From a virus (lineage: Duplodnaviria > Caudoviricetes): DNA of 63,624 bases. The position numbers were made by a program, and so were the translations under genes. Every line of letters starts with the position of its first letter. The stretch's first letter is position 1. Under the pieces are notes generated by a model, which did no database searches, had not been told where the DNA came from, and saw only the letters and a list, made by a program, of their open reading frames with translations. Below, in pieces: positions 47,227 through 57,226 of this stretch. The stretch is taken from IMG/VR virus record IMGVR_UViG_3300001589_000008, positions 1 through 63,624 of that record, one strand, 5' to 3'.

Positions 47227-48696
47227 ATGGCATACACAATTAATAGATACAGCGGCGCAACATTAGCTACAGTGCAAGATGGTACAGTTGATGCAACTTC
47301 CGATTTGCGGTTTGTTGGTAAAAACTATGCTGGATATGGTGAAATACAAAACGAGAACTTTTTATTCTTATTAGAAAACTTTAGTGGAACATCACAACCG
47401 CCTAAAGCTGTTTCAGGACAAGTATGGTATGATAGTGCAGTACAAAAATTAAAGTTTTATAACGGTACTAGATTTAAAAATACAGGTGGCGCAGAAGTTT
47501 CAGCAACACAGCCAACTAGTTTAACTTCAGGTGATTTTTGGTGGGACAGCGGAAACAATCAATTATATGCATTTGACGGTACGTCATTTATCTTAGTAGG
47601 ACCTCAAAGTACAGGTAGTGGTGTTACACAGATGAGAAGTAGAACAGTTAAAGATACTACTTCAATAAATAGAAGTGTTATTGCCGCAACAATTAATGAT
47701 GAAGTTGTATATATTATTAGTAGTATTGCATTTACTATTGATAGTACAGATCCTTCAAATGCTATTACAGGATTTGACGTAGTTAAACAAGGCCTTACTA
47801 TGATTAATACTATTGCATCAACTAATGGTGTAACAAGTAGCGATCATGTTTATTGGGGAACAGCATCTAATGCATTAAGATTAGGCGGAAATTTAGCAAG
47901 TGATTACTTACTAAGTTCAGCAGGAGCATTTACTGATGTTGTACGTTTTGCTGATGCAGGACTTTCAGTAGGTGATAGTAATGACTTAGTTATTAAAATT
48001 GAGAATGGTAACGACGGCGTAATATCAAACCAAGTTGGTACTAATAGTATTATTAAAATAAAAGCGGCAAATGCGGCAGGGGCTGAAATACATTCTGCAA
48101 CATTTACAGCATTAGGCATGACACCTGCAAGTACAAATACATTTAATATTGGTGCATCCGGCAATGTATGGGCAAACGTTTATGCAACATCATTCCAAGG
48201 TAATGCAACTAGTGCAAGTTCATTAAAATTAAGTGGTTCTGTTTACGCACCTGATGCAAGTGCTACAGCTAACACAGCCGCATTAAGAGATGCATCAGGT
48301 AACTTAACAGCAAATTTATTCCAAGGTATTGCAACTCAAGCACGGTATGCTGACTTAGCAGAAATGTACACTACTGCTGAAGAGCATGTAGTAGGTACAA
48401 TTATGGCAGTTGGTGGAGAAGCAGAAACAAGACCAGCCAAAGTTAGTGATCATGTAATAGGTGTTATATCAGCTGAACCGGCATATTTAATGAATTCAGC
48501 ACTTGACGGCCAGGCAGTAGCACTTAAAGGGCGTGTTCCTGTAAGAGTAAGCGGTGTTGTATCAAAAGGACAAGCAATTTATGCTTGGCAAGATGGTATA
48601 GGATCAACTATTGCAAGTAGCGGACTAGTTGGTATTGCATTAGAGTCTAGTACGGAAGAAGAAGAAAAATTGATTGAGTGTGTACTAAAGGTATAA
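47227..48696 (+). CDS. Tail fibre-like protein with C-terminal chaperone/peptidase-like domain
   Basis: Same N-terminal module; C-terminal YADLAEMY...GVIS..PAYLMN...VALKGRVPV. Confidence 0.7.
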   Translation: MAYTINRYSGATLATVQDGTVDATSDLRFVGKNYAGYGEIQNENFLFLLENFSGTSQPPKAVSGQVWYDSAVQKLKFYNGTRFKNTGGAEVSATQPTSLTSGDFWWDSGNNQLYAFDGTSFILVGPQSTGSGVTQMRSRTVKDTTSINRSVIAATINDEVVYIISSIAFTIDSTDPSNAITGFDVVKQGLTMINTIASTNGVTSSDHVYWGTASNALRLGGNLASDYLLSSAGAFTDVVRFADAGLSVGDSNDLVIKIENGNDGVISNQVGTNSIIKIKAANAAGAEIHSATFTALGMTPASTNTFNIGASGNVWANVYATSFQGNATSASSLKLSGSVYAPDASATANTAALRDASGNLTANLFQGIATQARYADLAEMYTTAEEHVVGTIMAVGGEAETRPAKVSDHVIGVISAEPAYLMNSALDGQAVALKGRVPVRVSGVVSKGQAIYAWQDGIGSTIASSGLVGIALESSTEEEEKLIECVLKV

Positions 48697-48699
48697 ATA
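48692..48699 (+). promoter_or_regulatory. Late promoter TATAAATA
   Basis: Exact T4 late consensus overlapping the upstream stop codon. Confidence 0.7.
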
Positions 48700-48728
48700 G
48701 TTATATACGTAGTTTTAAGGAAAAGTAA

Positions 48729-49625
48729 ATGGCAGTAGGCGATATAATTACAGCGGCAAGGTTTAATAATGCCCAGGCAAGAGTTGCGGCAATTATGGGT
48801 ACTGGGTCCACTACTGAAGGGTACGGTCAAACATTAAATAGTTCACAAGTTAACACATCTTTAACAATTACAGCCGCTCATCTTAACAATTTATACACAG
48901 ATATTGTTGCAGGAAGAATACATCAAACAGGAGGAACACCCAACAGTGTTTCTCAAGTAGTTATAGGTGATACTATTGCAGATGAAACAAGTGATAATCC
49001 GGATGGTATACTTAAAGGTTTTGCTGATTTTGAAGGATTAATAACTACATTTGAAGCAGATCCAGCAAGATTTTCGTTGTCTGCAGGACAATCAACTAGC
49101 GGCACAGGAATTACTAGTACTAGGACTGCACAATGGAACACAGATGTTACTCATCTTGTAAGAGTTGACTTTACAAGTGCTGATGCACGTAGACATTATT
49201 TTAATAGTGGCGGATCAATTAAATTTGAAGCATCATTATCAGGTCAAAGCGGCGCAAAATCAAACGACTGGGCAAGTATGTTAAGTAACATGGGTACTAT
49301 TGCAATGAATCATACTGCAACTAGTACAACTGGTACAGGTACAACTAGTGCAATAGGTAATTTTGACTTAACAGGAACAAATCAAACGTTATTTAGGAAA
49401 CCAGGAAGCGGTGTTTATAGTGCAAACGACTATTTTGTTCTTGCAAAAGCAAACTCTACAACACAGCTAGAGTTTACGATACTATTCCAAGAAGAAGACT
49501 CAGGAAATCCAAACTTTGACGAACTAGTTAATGGTACATTAACTAGTACAGTTAAGTTTACTCGTGCAAGTGGGATATATGTATCAGTTGATGCACCAAG
49601 TTTTGTAACTGTATCTTCACTTTAA
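48729..49625 (+). CDS. Virion structural protein (Thr/Ser/Gly-rich)
   Basis: Late promoter and SD upstream; beta-rich composition. Confidence 0.6.
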   Translation: MAVGDIITAARFNNAQARVAAIMGTGSTTEGYGQTLNSSQVNTSLTITAAHLNNLYTDIVAGRIHQTGGTPNSVSQVVIGDTIADETSDNPDGILKGFADFEGLITTFEADPARFSLSAGQSTSGTGITSTRTAQWNTDVTHLVRVDFTSADARRHYFNSGGSIKFEASLSGQSGAKSNDWASMLSNMGTIAMNHTATSTTGTGTTSAIGNFDLTGTNQTLFRKPGSGVYSANDYFVLAKANSTTQLEFTILFQEEDSGNPNFDELVNGTLTSTVKFTRASGIYVSVDAPSFVTVSSL

Positions 49626-49628
49626 CCA

Positions 49629-49657
49629 TTGACAATCCTTAAAATTTAGTATATACT
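49629..49657 (+). promoter_or_regulatory. Sigma70-type promoter for the modification operon
   Basis: TTGACA-N17-TATACT, followed by SD GAGGAG. Confidence 0.9.
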
Positions 49658-49685
49658 ATATGTATAGATATCTTGAGGAGTAACC

Positions 49686-50021
49686 ATGGACGAACGACTA
49701 GCCAAAGCGTTAGATGTTAGCAAAGCGTTAGAAACACATCAAAATCAGAAGAACATATTACACAAACAATACAAAGATAACTTAATTTACTACTTTGATG
49801 GACATAAGATTAGTGTAGATCTTTCATTAATTAATTATTGTTCTAGTAAAAAAACACCAACAGTTGTAATTGATGACAATAAAACTCCGATGCTTATTGA
49901 TGATGTAGAGGATTTTACTAAAAAAATAACAGCAATGTATGATACTGCATCTCGTAAATATCTTATGGAGTTTAAAAAGATTAAATCGAAAAGGTCAGTA
50001 GAGGAACTAATTGATTTATGA
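49686..50021 (+). CDS. Hypothetical protein
   Basis: 111 aa, strong SD, first gene of the operon. Confidence 0.8.
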   Translation: MDERLAKALDVSKALETHQNQKNILHKQYKDNLIYYFDGHKISVDLSLINYCSSKKTPTVVIDDNKTPMLIDDVEDFTKKITAMYDTASRKYLMEFKKIKSKRSVEELIDL

Positions 50022-50866
50022 CACAAGGCGTACTGTTATTTGCATATAATTCTAAAAATATGGATTATACAAAGCAAGCTATATATTGTGCAAAACTTAT
50101 TAAAAAATACCTTAATAAAGAAGTTGCACTAGTAACTGATAACGAAGAATATATTCAACGTCAGTATCCTTTCTATGAAAAATATATTGATCATGTCATT
50201 ACTACTGGACATGAAGATAATGTACAAGAAAGAGTTTACAACGATGGGCTGTATCATAGTGACAGACAGCGTTGGTATAATACTAATAGAAGTTCGTGCT
50301 ATGACTTAACGCCCTTTGACGAAACCATTGTGATAGATACAGATGTATTATTATTTAATGATGAATTAAATAGATGCTTTGGATCTACTGAAGACTTTTT
50401 AATATCAAAAGACTATAATTTTGTTGATATGAAACGTGACTACTCAGAATTTGATAAAGTTTCAGATACAACGTGTGATATGTTTTGGGCAACAGCATTT
50501 TATTTTAAAAAAACAGCATTTACCAATACATTCTTTGATCTCATTGAACATATAAAAGAAAACTGGCACTTTTATAGATTAGTTTATGAAATTTCCGAAA
50601 TTAAATTTAGAAACGATTATGCATTTAGCATTGCTGTACATATATTACGTGGAATGAAAGATGCTACATGGCCACAGTGTGTTCCTGCAAGTATTTGGAT
50701 TACTGTAGATACAGATATATTACATTCTATAAATAAAACTAAGTTAACTCTGCTACTACATAAAGAATACGACTATCAAGCAGGAACAATTAGTAATGCT
50801 AATGTACATGTAATGAATAAATTTTCGTTAGAACGATGTATCGATAAGGTTTTTGCAGATGAGTAA
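50018..50866 (+). CDS. GT-A fold glycosyltransferase (GT8-like)
   Basis: GVLLFAYN...YDLTPFDETIVIDTD (DxD)...FRNDYAFS. Confidence 0.75.
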   Translation: MTQGVLLFAYNSKNMDYTKQAIYCAKLIKKYLNKEVALVTDNEEYIQRQYPFYEKYIDHVITTGHEDNVQERVYNDGLYHSDRQRWYNTNRSSCYDLTPFDETIVIDTDVLLFNDELNRCFGSTEDFLISKDYNFVDMKRDYSEFDKVSDTTCDMFWATAFYFKKTAFTNTFFDLIEHIKENWHFYRLVYEISEIKFRNDYAFSIAVHILRGMKDATWPQCVPASIWITVDTDILHSINKTKLTLLLHKEYDYQAGTISNANVHVMNKFSLERCIDKVFADE

Positions 50867-51698
50867 TGGTGTATGCTTATTAGCACAGAACAATAGTAAT
50901 ACTAATTATGTTAGGCAAGCATATGCACTAGCATTAAGTATTATAGCTAAGTCTCCTAAACAAAAAGTGAGTCTTATTACTAATGATACGGTAAGCGATA
51001 AGCACAAAAAGATTTTTGATCAAATTATTTCTATTCCTTGGGACGATAGTGCAATTAAAAGTGATTGGAAAATAGAAAATAGATGGAAGGTATATCATGC
51101 TACTCCGTATAAGCATACAATAGTATTTGATGTAGACATGTTAGTTCTTGAAGACTTAGATATCTACTGGAATCAAATACAAAAAAATAATGTAGATCAT
51201 GATATTTTATTTACTACCCAAGTAATTAATTATCGAAACGAAATTATTACTAATAGGTATTATAGGAAAACTTTTGATGCCAATGATTTACCTGATGTGT
51301 ATTCAGGTATGTATTATTTTAAAAAATGTGAATCAACTAAGAACTTTTTTGGATTATTAAAAACTGTTATGTGGAATTGGGGAGATTTTTATAAAATTAG
51401 TTTACAAAAAATTCCACAAGAGTGGTGTAGCTTTGATGTCTGTACTGCTATAACTGCAAAGCTATTAAATAGAGCCTATACTATTGGTGACAACAATAAT
51501 ATACTTGAGTTTACTCATATGAAAACAAGATTACAAAATGTTGATATTGGCAATAAATGGACGGATAGTTTATTTGTAGATTTTAATACAGATCTTAACT
51601 TAATAGTTGGCGGAATTAAACAATCAGGAGTATTTCATTATGTTGAAGATGAGTTTTTAACAGACGAGATAATTAGTATACTAGAGGAAGCAGTATGA
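50859..51698 (+). CDS. GT-A fold glycosyltransferase (GT8-like), paralogue
   Basis: KIENRWKVYHATPYKHTIVFDVDML (DxD); ATG at 50859 preferred over the track start at 50853. Confidence 0.75.
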   Translation: MSNGVCLLAQNNSNTNYVRQAYALALSIIAKSPKQKVSLITNDTVSDKHKKIFDQIISIPWDDSAIKSDWKIENRWKVYHATPYKHTIVFDVDMLVLEDLDIYWNQIQKNNVDHDILFTTQVINYRNEIITNRYYRKTFDANDLPDVYSGMYYFKKCESTKNFFGLLKTVMWNWGDFYKISLQKIPQEWCSFDVCTAITAKLLNRAYTIGDNNNILEFTHMKTRLQNVDIGNKWTDSLFVDFNTDLNLIVGGIKQSGVFHYVEDEFLTDEIISILEEAV

Positions 51699-52321
51699 GT
51701 TATTATGCATATTATAACGAAAAATGTGAAGTAACACAAGTTACTAATGAAAATGATCCCAATTCATTAGACGAGTACATTATACTTGACGAAGAAATGT
51801 TTCTTGCCTTTGCTGAACAGAAGTTTAACTATGTTGATTATGCAGTAATTGGAGGTAGACTGTTAGAAAAAGAATCAATAGCTTTGGAAAAGTATACAGA
51901 TTCAAGAATACCTATGACACTAACTGATAAAATAATTGAAAACTGTATGGTAGTAACACAGGATAAAGAAAGTAAAACTTGGTACGCACAAGCATATTTT
52001 GGAATGGATCCAATTAATAATTTACTTATGTTAAATAAAGACGTAATAGAAAAAAAGGTTTATACATTTTATATTGTAGCTAAAGACAACAGATTTATTT
52101 TATTAGACACTCTTACAGTGCCGGCTAAAGACATACTAACTAAAAAAGAAAGTTGGAAGCAACGAGGTATTAGAATCAAAGATCAAAAAGATATAGAAGT
52201 TTTTACATCGCCGGCATACACCATTGCAGATTTTGACACAACAGTAGTAACACAAGATGTTAGATTACTGTGTCGTAGAGATTTCTTAACATACCATCAT
52301 AAAGTAGGAGAACTAGTATGA
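51695..52321 (+). CDS. Hypothetical protein
   Basis: 208 aa, ATGA-coupled at both ends. Confidence 0.75.
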   Translation: MSYYAYYNEKCEVTQVTNENDPNSLDEYIILDEEMFLAFAEQKFNYVDYAVIGGRLLEKESIALEKYTDSRIPMTLTDKIIENCMVVTQDKESKTWYAQAYFGMDPINNLLMLNKDVIEKKVYTFYIVAKDNRFILLDTLTVPAKDILTKKESWKQRGIRIKDQKDIEVFTSPAYTIADFDTTVVTQDVRLLCRRDFLTYHHKVGELV

Positions 52322-53235
52322 AAATTATAGACTATGATATCATTTATTTAAGTTATGATGAACCAAATGCAGAAAAGAATTATGCAGACCTATTAAGCAA
52401 AGTGCCCTGGGCAAAACGTGTGCATGGTGTAGAAGGATCAGACGCCGCACATAAAGCATGTGCTAACCTAAGTGAAACAGATAGGTTTATTACAGTTGAT
52501 GGTGATAATATTATTAAGCCAGAATTTTTAAATCAAGTGTTAAACTTTGATGAACATGCAGATTTAGAACACAGTGTAATTAGTTGGTGTGGCCGTAATA
52601 TCATTAATGGACTTATGTACGGCAATGGCGGCTTAAAGTGTTGGCCTAAGCAATATGTGTTAGATATGAAAACACATGAAAATGCCGATCCTAATAATCC
52701 TAATGCACAAGTTGACTTTTGCTGGGACTTACAATATATACAGCAAAACAGTTGGTATAGTGATGTATATAATAATGAAACTCCGCATCAAGCATGGAGA
52801 GCTGGATTTAGAGAAGGTGTAAAGATGGCACTTGATCAAGGAGTAAAGCCAACTAAAGAAGCATTTTTACAGGGCCATTGGAAGAACTTACATAGATTGT
52901 GGGTATGGTTAATGATAGGATCTGATATAGAAAACGGCAAATGGGCAATCTATGGTGCTCGCGAAGGCTTGTACAAAACAATGTGTACTGATTGGGACTT
53001 TGTAAATGTAAGAGACTTTGAATACCTTAATAATATGTGGGAAGAAGTTGAACCAAAGGTATCAATGGATGGACTACAGGAATCTATCGAGGAATACGGT
53101 AGTAAACTTATTAATGAACTAGAAGTTCCTATTGCAAGAGTTCCTTTAGACGCAGAACAAAGTAAGTTTTTTAAAACAGTTTATCAAAATCCAAGTAGAA
53201 ATGCACAACAACAGTTTGTAATTGATCCTGAATGA
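52318..53235 (+). CDS. Nucleotide-sugar transferase-like protein (GT-A-like)
   Basis: DIIYLSYDEP...RVHGV.G...AH...FITVDGD...LMYGNGGLK...WRAGFREG. Confidence 0.6.
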   Translation: MKIIDYDIIYLSYDEPNAEKNYADLLSKVPWAKRVHGVEGSDAAHKACANLSETDRFITVDGDNIIKPEFLNQVLNFDEHADLEHSVISWCGRNIINGLMYGNGGLKCWPKQYVLDMKTHENADPNNPNAQVDFCWDLQYIQQNSWYSDVYNNETPHQAWRAGFREGVKMALDQGVKPTKEAFLQGHWKNLHRLWVWLMIGSDIENGKWAIYGAREGLYKTMCTDWDFVNVRDFEYLNNMWEEVEPKVSMDGLQESIEEYGSKLINELEVPIARVPLDAEQSKFFKTVYQNPSRNAQQQFVIDPE

Positions 53236-54602
53236 GTAATGAAGCACGTATTGAAGAATTAAAACTAAAACGGGATTTAATTAATTCTGTTAGTTGTAGC
53301 TTCTGTACGGCTAAATGGCTACAAACAACTCTTTTGTTGCAAAATGGGTACAATCATAGTTGCCACCATCCGGCACCGCATAAAATTCCACTAGAAGAAA
53401 TACAAGTAGATCCTGCGGCATTACATAATAGTAAGTTTAAAAAACAACAACGTGCTATGATGCTTAACGGAGAACGTCCTAAAGAATGCGACTATTGTTG
53501 GAAGATTGAGGATTTAGACAAAGAATATTTTTCGGATAGGCATTATAAAACATCTGATTACTGGGCCTGGGATAGATTTGAGGACATTGCTGGAAGTAAT
53601 CCAGATGATAATATCTACCCAAGTTACTTAGAAGTTAGCTTTAGCAATGCGTGTAACTTTGCATGTGCGTATTGTTCTCCTGAAATTAGTAGTAAGTGGA
53701 TGGAGGATATAAAACAAAATGGAGAATATCCAAACGGTATGCATAACTTAGATTATTTAAAGCAAACAGGAAAATTTCCTTATAAACAAAGTGAAGATAA
53801 TCCTTATGTAACTGCATTTTGGAAATGGTTTCCTGATGCACTTCCTCATCTTAAAGTATTACGAATTACAGGTGGCGAACCAACTATGTCAAAAGACACT
53901 TGGAAGTTACTTGAGTATATAAACACTAATCCTCAGCCTCAGTTAGAAATTGCTGTTAATACAAATCTTAATGTTCCTGCAAAACTAATAGATAAGCTAG
54001 TATACTATTGTAACGAACTTCAAGGTAAGTTAAAAAAACTAGACATATACACAAGTGCAGAAGCAGTAGGAGATCAAAATGATTATGTAAGAGATGGCAT
54101 GAATTATAGATCTTGGTATGCTAACGTAAATCGTATATTATATGAAACTAACAGTACCGTAGCAATGATGACAACAGTTAATATTTTAAGTTTACCTAGT
54201 TTTAGTAAGTTTATAGCAGATGTAATGGAACTTAGAACACATTATAATTTAAATTTTGAATACAATAGAATACCTCTTAGTATAAACTATCTTAGATGGC
54301 CTCATCATTTGCAAACTACGTTATTAGATACAGAACAAAGGACATCCTATGCAGATGAAATCGAAACCACCTGCAAATCCTGGCTTAAATACTATAGTAA
54401 AGAAAAATATGCAAGGATGTACTTAGAAGAATTCGACCAGATAAAAAGATTATGTAATTACTTAAGAAGCACTAAGTCAGCTGTAGAATACAGAAAAGAT
54501 TTTTGTGAATATATAGTAGCATATGATAAACGCCGTGGTAAAAATTTTAAAAATACTTTTCCTGAGTACGCAACATTATTAGAGGATTGGCATGCCAGCT
54601 AA
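53232..54602 (+). CDS. Radical SAM enzyme with N-terminal twitch/SPASM-like domain
   Basis: CNFACAYC and TGGEP; N-terminal FCTAKW...SCHH...ECDYC. Confidence 0.92.
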   Translation: MSNEARIEELKLKRDLINSVSCSFCTAKWLQTTLLLQNGYNHSCHHPAPHKIPLEEIQVDPAALHNSKFKKQQRAMMLNGERPKECDYCWKIEDLDKEYFSDRHYKTSDYWAWDRFEDIAGSNPDDNIYPSYLEVSFSNACNFACAYCSPEISSKWMEDIKQNGEYPNGMHNLDYLKQTGKFPYKQSEDNPYVTAFWKWFPDALPHLKVLRITGGEPTMSKDTWKLLEYINTNPQPQLEIAVNTNLNVPAKLIDKLVYYCNELQGKLKKLDIYTSAEAVGDQNDYVRDGMNYRSWYANVNRILYETNSTVAMMTTVNILSLPSFSKFIADVMELRTHYNLNFEYNRIPLSINYLRWPHHLQTTLLDTEQRTSYADEIETTCKSWLKYYSKEKYARMYLEEFDQIKRLCNYLRSTKSAVEYRKDFCEYIVAYDKRRGKNFKNTFPEYATLLEDWHAS

Positions 54603-56037
54603 ACAAGACGAAACGTTACTGCAATATAGGCAACGTATAATAGATCCTAAAAGTGCAAGTTTTTGCGGAGCAAAATGGTTTAATGCAACGACTTGGCTAG
54701 GTAGCGGTACGACAGCTAGTTGCCACCACCCGCCGGCACATCAGATTCCTTTGGAAGAAGTAGAAGAAAATTATACAGCTATTCATAATACTAAGCATAA
54801 AAAAGAAATGCGTAGGCAAATGTTAGTAGGCGAACGTCCAGCAGAGTGCGAGTACTGTTGGAAAATGGAAGATATGAAAAAGAACGCAGTAAGCGATCGA
54901 ACTTTTAAAACTATCATCTATACAGATGAAGAATTGCAAGCCGCATATGATGCTGACTGGAATGAAAATGCTAATCTTAAAACATTTGAAATAGCATTTG
55001 ATAGAGTTTGCAATCTAGCATGTAGTTATTGTAATGCTAGTTTTAGTACTACATGGGCAAAAGATATTAATAAACACGGACCTTATGAAAATTTAGTTAG
55101 TGACGGTGCTGGTGCCTTTAAACATAATGGTGATTGGGCCGCTCCGTATGATAATGATGAAGATAATCCTTATATACAAGCATTTTGGAAATGGTGGGAC
55201 AACGGTCTTGCGGATAGCTTAGACGAGTTGCGTATTACAGGTGGAGAGCCGTTAATGAGCGGAAACACTTGGAAATTATTTGATTGGTATTCTAAACAAA
55301 AGTCTGATATGAGATTTGCTATTAACAGTAATTTAATTGCTAAAGATAAAATTATAGATAAGTTAATAGAAAAAGCACAAGGAATTAAAAAGTTTCATAT
55401 CTATACTAGTTGCGAAGCAGTTGGCGATCAAGCAGAGTATATTCGCGATGGATTAGACTATGATATGTGGTTGAATAATGTAACACGTATTTTAGATGAA
55501 ACTGAGGTAGAGCTACATTGTATGATGACTATTAACAGTTTGTGTTTGTTTAGTATCACAGAATTTCTAGATCAAATTTATACACTAAAGGAACGCACAG
55601 GAACAAAAACACCAACAGTTAGTTTAAACTTACTACGTTTTCCGAGTTTTCAAAGTCCATTAGCATTACCTGTACATCTAAAAGACTATTGTTATAATAA
55701 ATTAAACAATTGGTACAATACAAATAAGCATAAAAAGTTATGGCACGAACATGAGAAAGCAAGTATTGAAAGACTAATTGATTACTTAGTAACTGTAGAT
55801 GCTCCGCATAGACGCACAAGTAATCCTACCACACTATGGCGTGACTTTAAAACATTTTATGCACAGTACGATTTACGTCGACATAGAAGCTTAGATGTAT
55901 TTCCTAAAATACTTACTGATTGGGTAGATAGTATTCCTGATACAGATTCAAGTATTATGGAACTTGCAGAAAAAGAAGGTTGGATATTAAACCCTAATAA
56001 TAAGAATATTGATAAGGAACTAGCAACATATGACTGA
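54592..56037 (+). CDS. Radical SAM enzyme with N-terminal twitch/SPASM-like domain
   Basis: CNLACSYC and TGGEP; FCGAKW...SCHH...ECEYC. Confidence 0.92.
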   Translation: MPAKQDETLLQYRQRIIDPKSASFCGAKWFNATTWLGSGTTASCHHPPAHQIPLEEVEENYTAIHNTKHKKEMRRQMLVGERPAECEYCWKMEDMKKNAVSDRTFKTIIYTDEELQAAYDADWNENANLKTFEIAFDRVCNLACSYCNASFSTTWAKDINKHGPYENLVSDGAGAFKHNGDWAAPYDNDEDNPYIQAFWKWWDNGLADSLDELRITGGEPLMSGNTWKLFDWYSKQKSDMRFAINSNLIAKDKIIDKLIEKAQGIKKFHIYTSCEAVGDQAEYIRDGLDYDMWLNNVTRILDETEVELHCMMTINSLCLFSITEFLDQIYTLKERTGTKTPTVSLNLLRFPSFQSPLALPVHLKDYCYNKLNNWYNTNKHKKLWHEHEKASIERLIDYLVTVDAPHRRTSNPTTLWRDFKTFYAQYDLRRHRSLDVFPKILTDWVDSIPDTDSSIMELAEKEGWILNPNNKNIDKELATYD

Positions 56038-57226
56038 TAAAATTTGTCTAGCACCTTGGACACACTTACATACATGGCCTAACAATGATGTTTATCCTTG
56101 TTGTTTAGCACCAATGGAAAATCCGGTAGGAAATCTTAAAAATCAAACATTAGAACAAGTTTGGAATTCTCAAGAATTAAAAGACATGAGACTAAGCATG
56201 TTAAAAGGCAACTTACCTTTAAAAACATGTAGTAAGTGTATTGAACTCGAAAGCCACGGACAAGATAGTCTTAGACATTTTTTTTCAACTAGGTTTCGAA
56301 AACATGCACATAGGCCCGCAGAAACAAATCCAGACGGTTCGTTAGATGATTTGTCTATTGTTTATTGGGATTTTAGATTTTCAAATATATGTAATATGCG
56401 TTGTAGATCTTGCGGACCTCAATTAAGCACTGGATGGTACGAAGATACAAAAAAATTATGGGGACACTTACCAGATGATGTGCCAGATCCTGGCAAAAAT
56501 AAGAATATGTGGGAGGAAATAGTTCCTTTGTTTGATATCGTTGAGGAAATATATTTTGCTGGCGGTGAACCGTTAATAATGGAAGAACATTATAGGATAT
56601 TAAATAAATTAGTTGATATGGGCAAAACTAATGTACGAATAAGATACAATACTAATTTTAGTCGTATGCAATATAAGAAAATGAATGTACTAGATGTTTG
56701 GTCAAAATTTGATAGTGTATCAGTAGGAGCAAGTTTAGATGCTCATAACAAAGCAGGAGAGTACATACGTAAGGGAACAATTTGGCCTGATATAGTAAAA
56801 AACAGACTAGCAATGATAGAGAAAGCACCTAATGCTGATTTTTTTATTACATGCACAGTAAGCGTACTAAACAGTTTTCGAATTATAAATTTTCACAAGT
56901 ATCTAGTTGAACAAGGATTAATTAGTCATCCTAGGCAGATGCATTTAAACTTTGTGCAAGATCCTAGCTATCTTAGAATACAAATTTTACCACAACATTT
57001 AAAAGACAAATTAACTATTGAATATCAAGAGTATGCTGAGGTATTGCGTAAACAAGATTGCAATCCTCTTGCAGATAATTTTATTGCATTAGTTGATTAT
57101 ATGAATTCAAGCGATCAAACTAACTTAATTTCTCAGTTTAAACTTAGACAACAGCAGGTTGATGTAGTGAGAAATGAAAATCTTATTGATGTTTTACCTG
57201 AATTAGCAGAGCTGTACAATGATTAG
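56030..57226 (+). CDS. Radical SAM enzyme with N-terminal twitch/SPASM-like domain
   Basis: CNMRCRSC and AGGEP; CLAPW...YPCC...GNL...CSKC. Confidence 0.93.
   Translation: MTDKICLAPWTHLHTWPNNDVYPCCLAPMENPVGNLKNQTLEQVWNSQELKDMRLSMLKGNLPLKTCSKCIELESHGQDSLRHFFSTRFRKHAHRPAETNPDGSLDDLSIVYWDFRFSNICNMRCRSCGPQLSTGWYEDTKKLWGHLPDDVPDPGKNKNMWEEIVPLFDIVEEIYFAGGEPLIMEEHYRILNKLVDMGKTNVRIRYNTNFSRMQYKKMNVLDVWSKFDSVSVGASLDAHNKAGEYIRKGTIWPDIVKNRLAMIEKAPNADFFITCTVSVLNSFRIINFHKYLVEQGLISHPRQMHLNFVQDPSYLRIQILPQHLKDKLTIEYQEYAEVLRKQDCNPLADNFIALVDYMNSSDQTNLISQFKLRQQQVDVVRNENLIDVLPELAELYND

Noticed and set aside
43335-49625. Diversity-generating retroelement or invertible fibre cassette
   Set aside because: No reverse transcriptase or invertase, and no near-identical TR/VR repeat pair, is visible in the window.
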